64,000 bases of DNA from an uncultured Verrucomicrobiae bacterium. Its GTDB lineage: Bacteria > Chlamydiota > Chlamydiia > Chlamydiales > Rhabdochlamydiaceae. Below the pieces are notes generated by a model. It had not been told where the DNA came from. It did no database searches and saw only the letters and a list, made by a program, of their open reading frames with translations. The position numbers were made by a program, and so were the translations under genes. The stretch lies in the NCBI GenBank assembly GCA_963806855.1, contig CAWDYW010000001.1, positions 704,001 to 768,000 on the forward strand, given 5' to 3'. Of this stretch, positions 19,376 through 29,429 are shown piece by piece; within the stretch, counting starts at the first letter, position 1; each line of letters starts with the position of its first letter.

Positions 19376-19476
19376 TATCACCACAGAGAGCACAGAAGAC
19401 ACAGAGGAAAAAATTTCAAATTCCCTAAAAGGAGGCCATTTTTTCCTCTGTGTCCTCTGTGCTCTCTGTGGTGATA
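19376..19476. repeat. Long hairpin built from 9-bp periodic units (xxCACAGAR)
   Basis: TATCACCACAGAGAGCACAGAAGACACAGAGGAAAAAAT ... ATTTTTTCCTCTGTGTCCTCTGTGCTCTCTGTGGTGATA. Confidence 0.85.
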
Positions 19477-19509
19477 AATATTTTATAATTTAATCTCTTA
19501 AGTGACACC

Positions 19510-21954
19510 CTATTTTTGCCAATGTACGTGATCGGCTTCCAGTGGTATGGAGACCCCTGGGAAGTAGGGGAGGATGCGAGGTGTATAAGCACTTGCTGGC
19601 AAGCGGACTGGGACAGATGCCGAATAGATTCCTGGACTGGATGCCTGCATCTCGACTTTCTCCTGCTCATTTGCATATAGTTCTACTCTCACAGATTTAG
19701 GAGATAGACCTGCTAAATCGACCTGCACTTCGAAATGATGCTGATCACCTTGCGTCTCCACTTTTACTTCTCCAAATCGGATAGCGCTCCAGCGCTCATT
19801 GAGCGACTCTTTCCACTTCGTGATCTCAAGGGCGAGTGCTCCCTGATTTTTTGCCCGCTCCTGATATTTGATCGCAGCGGGGATGTAAAATCGTTTGGTA
19901 TATTCAGTTACGGCTCGGTTGGCTGAGAATCGTGGAGTGAGAACAGCCATACTCTCGCGGATCCGTTTGATCCATGTAGTTGGCATTCCACTAGCATCGC
20001 GCTCGTAGAACTGAGGACCGATCTGGTGTTCGAGCACATCGTAAAGGGCGCTCGCATCTTTTGCATCCCATGCAGGGTCATCCCCATGTTCTTGACCATC
20101 TCCAATCGCAAAGCCCACTTCGGGAGTATAAGCCTCGGCCCACCACCCATCCAATTCTGATAAGTTGATCCCCCCATTGACGAGCACTTTCATTCCGCTA
20201 GTGCCGCTCGCTTCCCAAGGTCGACGGGGAGTATTGACCCACACATCGACACCCTGGACCAGCTGCTCAGTAAGCAACATGTCGTAATCGCTGAGGAAGA
20301 TCACATGCTTTCTTGCCTCGGGATTATCGAAGATGAATTGCATCCACTCTTTGATCAGCGTCTGCCCAGGTAGGTCGGCAGGATGGGCTTTTCCTGCGAG
20401 GATGAGTTGCATTGGACGGGAAGGATTGGTGAGAATTGAGAGGAACCGGTTTGGATCGGAGAGGAGAAGATTGGGCCGTTTGTAGGTGGCAAATCGGCGG
20501 GCAAATCCCAGCGTGAGGATGTTAGGATCCAGCAGTGACTCTTCTGGAGGAGCTCCCCTCGCAATCAGTTGATTTTGTAGACGCCGGTTGGCGTAGTCAA
20601 TGAGAGCAGCTCGGGCTGAGGTGCGCATCTGCCAAATCCTTTGATCCGGGAGAGCGCGGATCTTATCCTCCATCGCTTGAGTCTCCCCATGCCAGCGCCT
20701 CTTCCCACAGACTTCAGTCCAAAGCTGGTCGGACATCGGCGAGTCCCAACTGCGCATATGGACCCCATTGGTCAGCGCTTCAACCGGGACCTCCTCGGCT
20801 GGGTAGTTAGGGAAAAGGGGCTGAAAAAGATCGCGGCTCACTTTTCCATGTAATTGACTCACCCCATTGATCGTCCCACTGCCCCGAATGGCCAGATTCG
20901 CCATGTTGAAATACTCTTCCGAGTCTTGTGGATTGCGCCGACCAAGAGCAAGTAAATTCTCTAGCGAGATCTGCAGCTTTTCCTCAGCATACTTGCCCAG
21001 ATATTGCTCAATAAGGGCAGGGGAGAAATAATCGAAACCGGCCGCCACTGCTGTGTGAGTAGTAAAATGGTTCCCCGCACGCGTCGCATTGAGAGCGACC
21101 TCGAAGGAGACGTGATTTTCTAGCATGAAAGATTTTGCCCGCTCCAAAATCGCAAAGGCAGCATGCCCCTCATTGAGATGGCACACTTGAGGCTTGATTC
21201 CTAGCGCTTCGAGCAGATGCCACCCGCCAATGCCCAGCACCAGTTCTTGCACGAGCCGCAGCTCCCGATCGCCCCCATACAATTCACTCGTAATCCCCCG
21301 CTGCACAGGCGTGTTAGCCGCATCGTTCGTGTCGAGCAGGTAGAGTTTCGTCCGCCCGACCCTCACCTCCCAAGTGCGCACATGGATCTTTTGCCCAGAG
21401 AGAGGAATTTCCATACGTAGCCATTCCCCATCCTTTTTACGAAGAGGAGAGATAGGCAGCTGACCCGGATCGTTATAAGGATAGAGGGCCACCTGCTCAC
21501 CTTTAGCATTGATGGTCTGCCGAAAATAACCCTGTTGGTAGAGGAGCGAAACCCCGACAACCGGCACCCCGAGGTCGTTTGCCGATTTGAGCTGATCGCC
21601 GGCGACATTGCCGAGACCTCCCGAATAGATGGGAAGGGCCTCGCTCAACATGAATTCCATGCTAAAATAGGCGACACAGTTCAAAGGAGATTGAGGGAAT
21701 TTTTCTTGAAACCAAGAGCGAGTGGCGGCTTCCTCTTTTCTGGTCCGATTAAAACGATCGACCATTTCCAGAAACGAGGGGTCTTTTAAAACCTGATCGA
21801 GCTTTTCCCGAGAGACAGTTTGCAAAATCACCCAAGCGTTATGCGTTTTTTCCCAAAGCAGCGGGTCGAGCTGCTGCCAAATCTTATCGCCGCCATGACG
21901 CCAAGACCAAGCCAAATCGAGGGCCAGCTCCTTTAAGACTTCATGGTCATGCAT
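19510..21954 (-). CDS. glgP: Alpha-glucan (glycogen/starch) phosphorylase
   Basis: Motifs YSGGLGNVAGD, HLNEGHAAF, GFARRFATYKR and the PLP site EASGTSGMK. Confidence 0.96.
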   Translation of the reverse strand: MHDHEVLKELALDLAWSWRHGGDKIWQQLDPLLWEKTHNAWVILQTVSREKLDQVLKDPSFLEMVDRFNRTRKEEAATRSWFQEKFPQSPLNCVAYFSMEFMLSEALPIYSGGLGNVAGDQLKSANDLGVPVVGVSLLYQQGYFRQTINAKGEQVALYPYNDPGQLPISPLRKKDGEWLRMEIPLSGQKIHVRTWEVRVGRTKLYLLDTNDAANTPVQRGITSELYGGDRELRLVQELVLGIGGWHLLEALGIKPQVCHLNEGHAAFAILERAKSFMLENHVSFEVALNATRAGNHFTTHTAVAAGFDYFSPALIEQYLGKYAEEKLQISLENLLALGRRNPQDSEEYFNMANLAIRGSGTINGVSQLHGKVSRDLFQPLFPNYPAEEVPVEALTNGVHMRSWDSPMSDQLWTEVCGKRRWHGETQAMEDKIRALPDQRIWQMRTSARAALIDYANRRLQNQLIARGAPPEESLLDPNILTLGFARRFATYKRPNLLLSDPNRFLSILTNPSRPMQLILAGKAHPADLPGQTLIKEWMQFIFDNPEARKHVIFLSDYDMLLTEQLVQGVDVWVNTPRRPWEASGTSGMKVLVNGGINLSELDGWWAEAYTPEVGFAIGDGQEHGDDPAWDAKDASALYDVLEHQIGPQFYERDASGMPTTWIKRIRESMAVLTPRFSANRAVTEYTKRFYIPAAIKYQERAKNQGALALEITKWKESLNERWSAIRFGEVKVETQGDQHHFEVQVDLAGLSPKSVRVELYANEQEKVEMQASSPGIYSASVPVRLPASAYTPRILPYFPGVSIPLEADHVHWQK

Positions 21955-23552
21955 ATTCGCTCCCCCTCTTTGAGCAGCTGCTCAAGATGCTCCTTGCTTT
22001 TGAAACTCTCTCCATAAATCTTATAAATATCTTCGGTGCCAGAGGGTCTCAGCGCAATCCACCCACTTTGTGCCACCACCTTAAAACCGCCGATCGGCGC
22101 CCCATTTCCAGGAGCATTTGTCAAAATTGCCTCGACCTTTTCCCCCGCTAGTTCCTTCAGATCGGGTTTTAGCTTTTTTATGCTTGCCTTTTGCTCAGCA
22201 GTAGCCGGAGCGCTCACCACACGATAAAATGACTCGCCAAATTCCTTGGTGAGCTCCTGATAAATCTCACCCGGGTCGCGTCCCATTTTCGCCGTGATTT
22301 CGGCTGATAAAAGGGCTGCGATGATCCCATCCTTGTCAGTGCTCCACGGCGTCCCATCCATCCGCAAAAACGACGCTCCAGCGCTCTCCTCGCCCCCAAA
22401 CCCCAGCGACCCATCGTATAGCCCATCGACAAACCATTTGAAGCCAACCGGCACCTCGTAGAGCCTCCGTCCCAATTTCGCCGCCACCTTGTCGAACATC
22501 TGACTGCTGACCAGCGTCTTGCCGATCGCCGCTTCAGGCTTCCATCCTGGCCGATGTTGAAATAGATAATAAACCGCCGCCGACAGATAGTGATTAGGAG
22601 GCAACAATCCGCTGCTTTTCGTCACAATCCCATGCCGATCGTGGTCGGTATCGCATCCAAACGCAATGGCAAAGCGATCTTTTAGTGCAATTAGCCGCTG
22701 CATCGCATAGGGCGACGACGGGTCCATCCGGATCTGCCCATCCCAATCGATCGTCATGAAACTAAACGTCGGATCGACCTCGAGACTGACCACCGTCAGA
22801 TCGAGCCCATACCGCTCAGCAATTGGCTCCCAATAAAAGATCCCCGCCCCACCGAGCGGATCGACCCCAAGTTTAATTCCCTTGATCGCATTCATATCGA
22901 TCACCTGATCGAGATCACCGACATAAGACTCGATATAATTGTAACGCTCTGCTGCAGCGATCGCCTTTTCCACCGCAATCCGCTTCACACCGTCGAGCCC
23001 CTTTTCGAGCAGCTCATTGGCCTTGGCCTGCACCCAATCGGTGATCGTCGGATCAGCGGGACCACCCTTGACATCATTGTACTTGAAGCCCCCCTCGTGC
23101 GGCGGATTGTGCGAAGGGGTGATCACGATCCCATCAGCCAAATGCCCTTTACGCCCTCGATTGTACTTCAAAATCGAATGGGAGATCACCGGCGTCGGCG
23201 TATAACCATCATTCTCCGACAGCATTACCGTCACTCCATTGGCCCCCAGCACCTCCATCGCACTAGCTAAAGCCGGTTGCGAGAGCGCATGCGTATCGAT
23301 CCCGATAAAAAGAGGCCCATCGATCCCCATCTTTTCCCGATAGAGACAGATCGCCTGAGTGATCGCCAAAATGTGATGTTCGTTGAAACTATTCTTAAAC
23401 GGAGTGCCCCGATGGCCCGACGTGCCAAACACCACCCGCTGCTCCTTGATCGAAGGATCGGGAATTTCCTCATAGTAAGCCGTGATCAACTTTGGAACAT
23501 CGACCAGAATCGACGGATCGGCCAATTTACCCGCATTAGGATTGATGGACAT
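21933..23552 (-). CDS. pgm: Phosphoglucomutase (alpha-D-glucose-phosphate specific)
   Basis: Motifs FGTSGHRG, TPSHNPP, DTDHDRHG, GGEESAG and RPSGTE. Confidence 0.96.
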   Translation of the reverse strand: MSINPNAGKLADPSILVDVPKLITAYYEEIPDPSIKEQRVVFGTSGHRGTPFKNSFNEHHILAITQAICLYREKMGIDGPLFIGIDTHALSQPALASAMEVLGANGVTVMLSENDGYTPTPVISHSILKYNRGRKGHLADGIVITPSHNPPHEGGFKYNDVKGGPADPTITDWVQAKANELLEKGLDGVKRIAVEKAIAAAERYNYIESYVGDLDQVIDMNAIKGIKLGVDPLGGAGIFYWEPIAERYGLDLTVVSLEVDPTFSFMTIDWDGQIRMDPSSPYAMQRLIALKDRFAIAFGCDTDHDRHGIVTKSSGLLPPNHYLSAAVYYLFQHRPGWKPEAAIGKTLVSSQMFDKVAAKLGRRLYEVPVGFKWFVDGLYDGSLGFGGEESAGASFLRMDGTPWSTDKDGIIAALLSAEITAKMGRDPGEIYQELTKEFGESFYRVVSAPATAEQKASIKKLKPDLKELAGEKVEAILTNAPGNGAPIGGFKVVAQSGWIALRPSGTEDIYKIYGESFKSKEHLEQLLKEGERICMTMKS

Positions 23553-24555
23553 AACACTCCCGGGCTATTTCAAAACTCTCTTCGGTATGAATGACGAGCA
23601 CCTTCACCTCTCCTAAAAACGACAATGCCTCGCAGACCCGATTGCGGATGAGAGAAGAGTTTTCACCAATCCCCGCCGTGAACACAAGCACATCGAGTCC
23701 CCCTAGAACTGCCACCATCGAGCCAATCGCACTCACCAGCCGATGCAGATAGACCTCCAGAGCGAGCTGTGCGCGAGGATTTCCCTGATCTTCGATGATA
23801 TCGCGCATGTCACTTGAAATTCCAGAAACGCCGAGCAGCCCGGATTCCTTATAGAGCGTCTTTTCCAGATCTGCAACCTTTTTCTTTTCCAAATAGAGCA
23901 AAATACCCGGATCGATCGAGCCGCACCGGGTATTCATCATCAGCCCATCCAGCGGAGTGAATCCCATCGTCGTGTCGACACTTTTTCCCTCAAGCACAGC
24001 GCACAGCGACGCCCCCGCACCCAAATGGCAAATCACCATCCTTCTCGGCACCTTTTTCAGCATCTGCGTCACTTGCCGCGTACAATACTGAAAACTGGTC
24101 CCATGAAACCCATACTTCTTGATCCCATCCTCAAACCACTTGTAGGGTCCCGGATAAACCTGTGCAGCCATCGGCATCGACTTGTGAAAAACGGTATCAA
24201 AAACGGCGATCTGCGGAGTCTTCGGCAATAGCTTCTCAAAGAGTTCAATCCCTTCTAAATCGGCCAAATTGTGCAGCGGCGCAAGCTCAGAGAGAGACTT
24301 GATCTTCTTCTTCACATCGGCATCGATCAATACACTTTCACTAAAATAGTTCCCGCCATGGACAATCCGATGTCCCACCACATCGATTTCTGAAAGAAAG
24401 TTGAGGCCTTGAAGCATATGTTCAAGGGCCGCTGCAGATGATTTTTCCACAGTTGATTCCCATTGCGGTGGGAGAGTGGAGTCGGGCAAAGCGTCGAGAG
24501 CATACAGACTGCATTTGATGCTGCTCGAGCCTCTATTGAGAACCAAGATCTTCAT
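23536..24555 (-). CDS. ackA: Acetate/propionate kinase
   Basis: Motifs LVLNRGSSSIK, GHRIVHGG, LAPLHN, YGFHGTS, DTTMGFTPLDG and FTAGIGEN. Confidence 0.95.
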   Translation of the reverse strand: MKILVLNRGSSSIKCSLYALDALPDSTLPPQWESTVEKSSAAALEHMLQGLNFLSEIDVVGHRIVHGGNYFSESVLIDADVKKKIKSLSELAPLHNLADLEGIELFEKLLPKTPQIAVFDTVFHKSMPMAAQVYPGPYKWFEDGIKKYGFHGTSFQYCTRQVTQMLKKVPRRMVICHLGAGASLCAVLEGKSVDTTMGFTPLDGLMMNTRCGSIDPGILLYLEKKKVADLEKTLYKESGLLGVSGISSDMRDIIEDQGNPRAQLALEVYLHRLVSAIGSMVAVLGGLDVLVFTAGIGENSSLIRNRVCEALSFLGEVKVLVIHTEESFEIARECYVHQS

Positions 24556-24805
24556 GCTTCATTGCTATAGCAAAATCGACATAAAAAAAATACTATGATC
24601 TCCGACAAAATGACACCGCAAATATCATTTTGCGTACTTTTTCATCAGAAACCTTGCATTTTGACAATTGACAACAGCCCTTGATCCAATAGAAATTGTC
24701 AATGCGGGTAAAGCCTCTCTAAATACTCTAGAGATTGGGGTTGATGTTATTTGGAAAGAACTGATAAAATATAAACCTTAATTAATAAAAATTATAGGAG
24801 AAAAA

Positions 24806-25609
24806 ATGTCATCTAAAGCAATCGTTAACCAGGCATCGGGCGATATTTATACTGTGTTTGATTTACTTGACCGACACTTCGAGACTGCATTTGACGAAAG
24901 AAAAGGCTATTTGAGCCAATTGAGTAAAGGTGCAAATGTGGCTCTTGATAAGATTCAGGCCGCTCTTCCCTCATGCCCTCCTGAAATCTTCCAAGACAAT
25001 ATGCTCTCAATGCCTTCTGCTGCGAGTGAGTTCCAAAAAGATACGAGTTTCGAATGGACAAGAGAAGCTTCATCTAGAATATGGAAGGGTTGGATTGGTC
25101 TCAAAGGTTACGATCCGGGTTTTGATATTGAAAGTTTTAGAATTGCAGAACGGCTCAAATATTCTGGCGAAGAGATTAAAAGAAAGGTTTTTGGCCTCTT
25201 AGGGACCACTAGAGAGCCAATCACATTAACTAGAACCCAAGATCACGTTTTCCATATTATCAATGAGCATGGCCATGAAAACAAGCTGATCCATGATGCA
25301 TGGATTGAAAATGGAAAAATGTGTGAAAGACTGACCTCGACCGCGGCAAAAGATCACGTCTTCAAATGCTCAGAAGGGGTCAACGAATTGCCTCTATTAA
25401 AACAAGCCTGTGTCTATACACCCAGAATCGCCCAACCTGAACGTCCATCGGAGCTTCCAATTGCTAAAATTGCAGGAGCTGTGATTGGTGGACTGGCTCT
25501 GATAAAAGCAGCGCAGAATTTCCGTGCCGAAGGGACAGCAAATAAAGTGCGAGGACTTGCCTGGGCAGTATTTGGCGTTGCGGCTATTGCACTACCTAAT
25601 GTCTATTAG
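24806..25609 (+). CDS. Hypothetical protein with C-terminal pair of hydrophobic helices (candidate effector)
   Basis: SD AGGAG, 267-aa ORF, and two C-terminal hydrophobic segments. Confidence 0.7.
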   Translation: MSSKAIVNQASGDIYTVFDLLDRHFETAFDERKGYLSQLSKGANVALDKIQAALPSCPPEIFQDNMLSMPSAASEFQKDTSFEWTREASSRIWKGWIGLKGYDPGFDIESFRIAERLKYSGEEIKRKVFGLLGTTREPITLTRTQDHVFHIINEHGHENKLIHDAWIENGKMCERLTSTAAKDHVFKCSEGVNELPLLKQACVYTPRIAQPERPSELPIAKIAGAVIGGLALIKAAQNFRAEGTANKVRGLAWAVFGVAAIALPNVY

Positions 25610-25638
25610 TCCATTGGGATATTATAGTCGAAAGCTTG
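25551..25638. repeat. 88-bp direct repeat, copy 1 (convergent gene junction); copy 2 at 26890-26977
   Basis: GCCTGGG..TTTGGCGTTGCGGCTATTGCAC.ACCTAATGTCTATTAGTCCATTGGGAT..AAAGCTTG occurs twice. Confidence 0.85.
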
Positions 25639-26043
25639 ACTAAAGACAGCTGGCATATATTTGTCGTCGGAAATTCTTGATCTCCAAGAGGGCCCAAAAA
25701 CAAGCAATCCCGTATAATCAGGAAGACAAGATTTAAAAATTGCATGGATTGCTCTATAGAAGATAACGATAATATTCCAAGAGTTATCAAGTAGTTCATC
25801 AGAAGAGTTATAATGAGTGATCAGTTTGGATCTAATGGCAACCGCGGCAAGGCATTCTTCGTAGGAATATTTAGTATCACGGTTACTTAGCTTACACACC
25901 TTTTCGGCTAAGGCATCAAGTGGAATGCTGTCTTCATTTTTTTGAATTGAAACCATTCGTGTGCCAAAAATCGAGAGATAAACTTCAGAATTTTGGACGA
26001 ATTTTTCGAGATCTTGATAAGAATTGCTGTTGCTGATGGCCAT
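25606..26043 (-). CDS. Hypothetical protein
   Basis: 145-aa ORF with SD AAGGAG; AT-rich. Confidence 0.65.
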   Translation of the reverse strand: MAISNSNSYQDLEKFVQNSEVYLSIFGTRMVSIQKNEDSIPLDALAEKVCKLSNRDTKYSYEECLAAVAIRSKLITHYNSSDELLDNSWNIIVIFYRAIHAIFKSCLPDYTGLLVFGPSWRSRISDDKYMPAVFSQAFDYNIPMD

Positions 26044-26155
26044 GTGGGTGCTCCTTTTTGGCCATGTATTCTAACCATTGCGATTGAAAAAAACAATACT
26101 ATTTTGATTTGCCCATTGCTTTCGGTCCCAAAATCTTAGTAGTGCAGTGTGACTC

Positions 26156-26738
26156 TTAATGACACCGCTTATCTATCCATTCATCCTGCAATGGATAATA
26201 TATAGTCTTACAACCAGCGGATACATATTCCATTGCTGTCACTATAACAGAACTCAGCTCCTTTTTTCCATTATTGCAATAAACAGAAGTCTCCTTACCA
26301 TTTATCAGCCATCTCTCCGTTCCAAGATGATGTTTTAAACTTACATCATGAAATTCCCACATATATTTTCCATATAAATAACTACAGAGGCTCTCGGCTT
26401 CCCAATAACGGACGCCAGCATCATGTAAATGGGATAGCAACGAACCGAGTTCATAAACTGAAAGTGAAAGTAAAAAGAAACCAGCAGTATAAAGACAAAT
26501 TTTGGATATTAAAAGTCGTTGTGGACTATAAGCCTGTCGATCTTCATCTCCAAAAAGAGAAGGCGCTTTTTCTGTAAGATTGTAAGCTCTTTTTGCTAAG
26601 GCTATAGCGCCCAGAGCTGTGCCAGAAATAAACAGAGAACTGAAGGTAAGAGTTAATAAGAGAGCATTGAGTTATCCCTTTTAGTGAATTAGTCGTTGCG
26701 TTATAAATTCCATCCGAAATTATTCTTTCTATTATCAC
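26156..26738 (-). pseudogene. Frameshifted orphan membrane-anchored protein, paralog copy 1
   Basis: A GTG start after AAGGAC, a frameshift near 26670, then an open frame ..FISGTALGAIALAKRAYNLT..TAGFFLLSLSVYELGSLLSHLHDAGVRYWEA.. Confidence 0.6.
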
Positions 26739-26978
26739 TTTATTGTCCTTTTGTTTTTCAAATTTAAAAAGTTGAGTTATTATAAAAACGCTCAGCATTA
26801 TTTGTCAATATGCCGTAACAATCTGAAGAATCGGGAATTCGACAGGGAGGCGGCATAAATTATGGAATCTGGAGCCAGCGACATTGTTAGAGGATTTGCC
26901 TGGGTAGCATTTGGCGTTGCGGCTATTGCACAACCTAATGTCTATTAGTCCATTGGGATGTTATAGGCAAAAGCTTGT

Positions 26979-27564
26979 TTAAAAATAACAGGGGTTTACA
27001 AGAGATGAATGCGCGTACAAGTGTCCCAGTTTATCCACGCAACCAGCAGAAATATATTGATTAACTGCCTCAACTACAGGGCTTATTTGTTCTTTTCTAA
27101 ATTTGTGATAACACCCATATATATTAATGTTACCAATGAAGTATTCTATAGCATTATATTTCGAATCATAATTTTCTTTGATAGAACGACAGTTGCTTAC
27201 GGCTTCCCAATGACGGGATCCAGCATCATGTAAATGAGATAATGTCGAACTTGAGTTCATATGCTGAAAGGGCAAGTAAAAAGATACCCGCAGTAGCAAG
27301 GCCAGCTCTTTTCGCCAAAAATTTTAATTGATAATTGGATCTCGACTTCCTTCATTCAAAAGGGAAGGTGATTATGCTGTAAGATTGTAAGCTCTTTTAA
27401 CTAAGGCTATACCGCCTAGAGCTGTGCCAGCAATAAAAGAGGTTGCTAACCAAAAGATTTGTTATAAGACTTGAGTAAGTCCAGCTAGTGTATTAGTCGT
27501 TGTATTATAAATTGTACCCAATGTTAATTGAGTTCCTGAAATGATTGCTTCGCCAATTTCTCAT
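26979..27564 (-). pseudogene. Degraded paralog copy 2 of the same orphan gene
   Basis: FIAGTALGGIALVKRAYNLTA*, AGIFLLALSAYEL and LSHLHDAGSRHWEA lie in broken frames with in-frame stops. Confidence 0.6.
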
Positions 27565-27679
27565 TTTTTTATTTCCTTTGTTTTTTTAATTTAAATAGGC
27601 CTAATTATAATACGGCTAATCATTATTTGTAAATATATTCATCATAACTAAAATTAATAAAAATTATTTTATATTAGAT

Positions 27680-29429
27680 CTATTTAGATTTATCCAATAG
27701 CAATTGCCAACGCGCGTAAAGCCCTTCTAAATGCTCATGCGCTTTGCCGAGCTTCTGGTAGGTCTCCAGCGCGCCATCTTGGGCCCCAAGCTCGAGCTTT
27801 TCGATCTCGGCCTCGGCCTCTTGAATCGTCTGCTCCATCATGTCGAGCTCCCGCTTCTCTTTGTAGCTCAATTTTGCTGCAGCCGTAACTTTGGGGGCCT
27901 CTTTCTTAACAGGTTTTTCCTTCTTCGACCGGCTTCTTGCTATTTTCCCACTGCGAATAGCTGGCAAAGAAGTGATGCTCTCCTTCGCCAAGCACCACCA
28001 CCCGATTGCAGATGCGGTCCATTAGGCAACGGTCGTGGGAAATCAACACCACAGCCCCGGCGAATGTGCTGAGGCTCTCTTCGATCAACTCGAGTGTAGG
28101 GATATCGAGATCGTTGGTCGGTTCGTCGAGGAAGAGCACATCGGCTGGCTCGAGCATCAGCTTGGCAACCAAGATGCGGGCCCGCTCGCCGCCGGAGAGG
28201 CAACGGATGGGAATATTGAGCCGATCGGGAGGAAAAAGAAACCGTTTGGCCCACCCATTGACGTGGATTTGCTGGCCGCGGTAATTGACTGTATCGCCAT
28301 TGGGGCAGAGCGCTTCTTTGAGCGTCAGAGAGGGGTCGAGCTGCTCACGGTGCTGATCGAAGTAGACGAGGTGGAGATCGTCGGCATAGGTGAGCTTGCC
28401 CATGTCTTGGGGGAGCATCCCTGCGAGAATTTTTAGCAGCGTCGATTTTCCGGTTCCGTTTTGTCCCAGAATCCCCAAACGGGTCCCGGGGCTTAAGGTA
28501 AAGTCGACATGCTGAAACAGCTGCTTGCCTCCAAGCTCCTTGGAGATATTCTTGGCGACAAGCAGCTTGCGGGTCTCTCGCTCAGAAGCAGAAAAGTCTA
28601 TCCCTACCTCTTGCACTTTCGTCCGCTGTTTCACTTCGGCCAGTTCGTTGATCAGCCGATTGGCCTCGCGGATGCGCGCCTCCGACTTGGTCGTGCGGGC
28701 CTTCGGCGAAGTGCGGAGCCAATCGATTTCATCGCGTACCTTGTGGGAGAGGGAGCGAATTTTCTCTTCTTGGGCAACTAGAAAGGCCTCTTTGTGCTCG
28801 AGGAATTGGGAGATCGTGCCGTTTGCTTGCAAGAGCCCATCGGGATAGCAACGGTTGAGTTCGATGATCCGATTGGTGACGGTTTCTAAAAAATAGCGAT
28901 CATGGCTGATGACGACATAGGGGATTGAGAGCCGCTTGAGGAACATTTCTAGCCAGAGAATTCCCTCTAGGTCAAGGTGGTTGGTGGGCTCGTCGAGCAA
29001 GAGCAAATCGGGCTCTTTCATCAGTGCCGCCACAATGTCCAAGCGCTTCTTCCAGCCGCCCGAGAGCAGGCTCGAATCGACCGAGAAGTCGGAAAATTCA
29101 GCTTTGCCAAGCAAGATCCCGGCGCGGGTCAAGGCGGAGCGCTCATCGAGCTCTGGAACTTGGGCGAGGAGAAACTGCTCAATCGACATCGAGGGGAACT
29201 CGGGCGATTGGCTGGCGTAGCCCACCGTTAACATCTGCTTTTTCGAGAGATGGCCACTATCGGGATCGTCGGCCCCTGCTAAAATCTTGATCAGGGACGA
29301 TTTCCCGGCGCCATTGGGGCCGATGATGCCGATCCGGTCTCCGGCCGAAATTGTAAAAGAAATATTTTGAAAAAGGATCTGTGCCCCATAGGCCTTTGAG
29401 AGAGAATGTGCAGTTAGAAGTGTGCTCAT
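27680..29429 (-). CDS. uup: ABC-F family ATPase (Uup-like), one frameshift near 27925
   Basis: Two ABC cassettes (GPNGAGKS/LSGGW/LLDEPTNHLD and GQNGTGKS/LSGGE/LDEPTNDLD). The C-terminal KLSYKEKREL domain lies in the adjacent frame (27680-27991). Confidence 0.9.

Noticed and set aside
24600..24705. Clustered (T)GACA motifs upstream of ackA as an operator array
   Set aside because: The motifs are short and irregularly spaced, and are explained by -35 boxes of divergent promoters.
27900..27960. Programmed frameshift in uup
   Set aside because: There is no clear slippery heptamer with a downstream structure, and the other indels in the window point to sequencing error.
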